Shown: positions 63,297 through 64,000 of the stretch, piece by piece
Numbering within the stretch: the first letter of the stretch is position 1
Layout: each line of letters starts with the position of its first letter
Source: Acidobacteriota bacterium
GTDB lineage: Bacteria > Acidobacteriota > Thermoanaerobaculia > UBA5066 > Gp7-AA6
Assembly (NCBI GenBank): GCA_027307335.1
Contig: DAHUXD010000039.1
Span: forward strand, 11,625-75,624
Length of the DNA: 64,000 nt
Direction: 5' to 3'
Translations under genes and position numbers: made by a program
The notes under the pieces: generated by a model
Told to the model about the DNA's origin: nothing
Database searches by the model: none
What the model saw: only the letters and a program-made list of their open reading frames with translations

Positions 63297-64000
63297 TTGA
63301 GCATCGATCTGAACGCGGACGTCGGCGAGGGAATGGACGACGCGGCGCTGCTGCCGTTCGTCACCTCCGCGAACGTCGCGTGCGGCATGCACGCGGGAGA
63401 TCCGACCGTGATGGACGAGACCGTCGCGCTCGCGCTCTCGCACGGCGTACGGGTCGGCGCGCACCCGGGGTATCCCGACCGACAGCACTTCGGGCGCGCG
63501 GCCGTCGAGCTCTCCGCCGAGGCCGTCGAGGACCTCGTCCTCTACCAGGTCGCGGCGCTCGACGGGTTCGTGCGCTCGCGCGGCGGGACGCTGACGCACG
63601 TCAAGCCGCACGGCGCGCTGTACCACAGCGGCGCCGAGTTCCCGGACGTCGCGCGGGCGATCGCCGAGGGCGTGCGGCGGTTCCGCACGAGCCTCGTGCT
63701 CGTCGGCGCCGCGGGGTCGATGCTGATCGAGGCGGGGCGCGACGCGGGGCTCGCCGTCGCCGAGGAGGCGTTCGCGGACCGCCGCTATCGCCGGGACGGC
63801 TCCCTCGTTCCGCGCGGCGAGGCGCGGGCCCTGATCACCGAGGCGGACGAGGTTGCTGACCAGGCCGTCTCGATCGCCCGGGACCGCGCCGTCACGACGG
63901 CCGACGGGGCCCGCATTCCCGTGCGCGCCGACACCCTCTGCCTGCACGGCGACACACCGGGGGCGGCGTCGCTTGCCCGTGGCATCCACGAGCGGTTCCG
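63297..64000 (+). CDS. pxpA: 5-oxoprolinase subunit PxpA (LamB/YcsF family), 5' partial in window
   Basis: The N-terminus (L)SIDLNADVGEG and GAHPGYPDR are family signatures. TTG start inferred; the gene runs off the window end. Confidence 0.75.
   Translation, partial: MSIDLNADVGEGMDDAALLPFVTSANVACGMHAGDPTVMDETVALALSHGVRVGAHPGYPDRQHFGRAAVELSAEAVEDLVLYQVAALDGFVRSRGGTLTHVKPHGALYHSGAEFPDVARAIAEGVRRFRTSLVLVGAAGSMLIEAGRDAGLAVAEEAFADRRYRRDGSLVPRGEARALITEADEVADQAVSIARDRAVTTADGARIPVRADTLCLHGDTPGAASLARGIHERF

Noticed and set aside
61626-63989. 787-aa minus-strand ORF
   Set aside because: Antisense to the pxpBC and pxpA genes, which have clear family signatures on the + strand.

Overview
This window is a high-GC (roughly 70%) bacterial chromosomal segment, probably from an Acidobacteriota/Gemmatimonadota-like lineage (guess from gene content only). 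I called about 75 protein-coding genes and found no rRNA, tRNA, CRISPR array, transposase, integrase or prophage genes. Because of the GC content every frame has long stop-free ORFs, so I called genes from recognisable family signatures, strong third-position GC bias, signal peptides, and ATGA/GTGA start/stop overlaps; most long antisense ORFs in the track are artefacts. From 1 to about 53 kb every gene is on the + strand, mostly small cytoplasmic enzymes: 11 VOC/glyoxalase-like proteins, 5-6 DinB-like, 4 DHFR-family (RibD-C-like), 2 RidA, 7 GNAT, 2 SnoaL-like, 2 cupins. Recognisable units are: an ECF42-like sigma factor with its YciI/DGPF partner; a tight 10-gene overlap-coupled operon (VOC-GNAT-agmatinase-CxxCH heme-binding protein-FkbM methyltransferase-DinB-like-62-aa Zn-ribbon protein-PLP group II decarboxylase-GNAT-YbaK); an orphan dnaE2 with no imuA/imuB nearby; a 2001-aa thioester (CVEQ) alpha-2-macroglobulin paired with a DUF5916-like outer-membrane protein; a convergent YceI gene; an M1 aminopeptidase; a minus-strand MacAB-like efflux operon (adaptor, two FtsX permeases, ATPase); and fused pxpBC plus pxpA at the 3' end. 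The most unusual features are three families of small structured repeats. (1) A ~52-60 bp REP-like double-hairpin element bounded by GTAGGGG...CCCCTAC has 4 copies. One copy supplies both stop codons of the convergent A2M and YceI genes. One copy carries a TAG-to-TAT change that removes the M1 peptidase stop and extends its ORF ~113 codons antisense into the ABC ATPase gene. One rearranged copy sits in-frame inside dnaE2. (2) A 63-71 bp stem-loop element GGGGTCAGGTCTCT...AGAGACCTGACCCC has 2 copies. (3) A G-rich hairpin family (GGGGTGAGGGGCGACC) follows three stop codons, and a separate GTCATCCCGAG...GGGATCC inverted repeat lies after dnaE2. All coordinates and start codons were read by eye and may be off by a few nucleotides.
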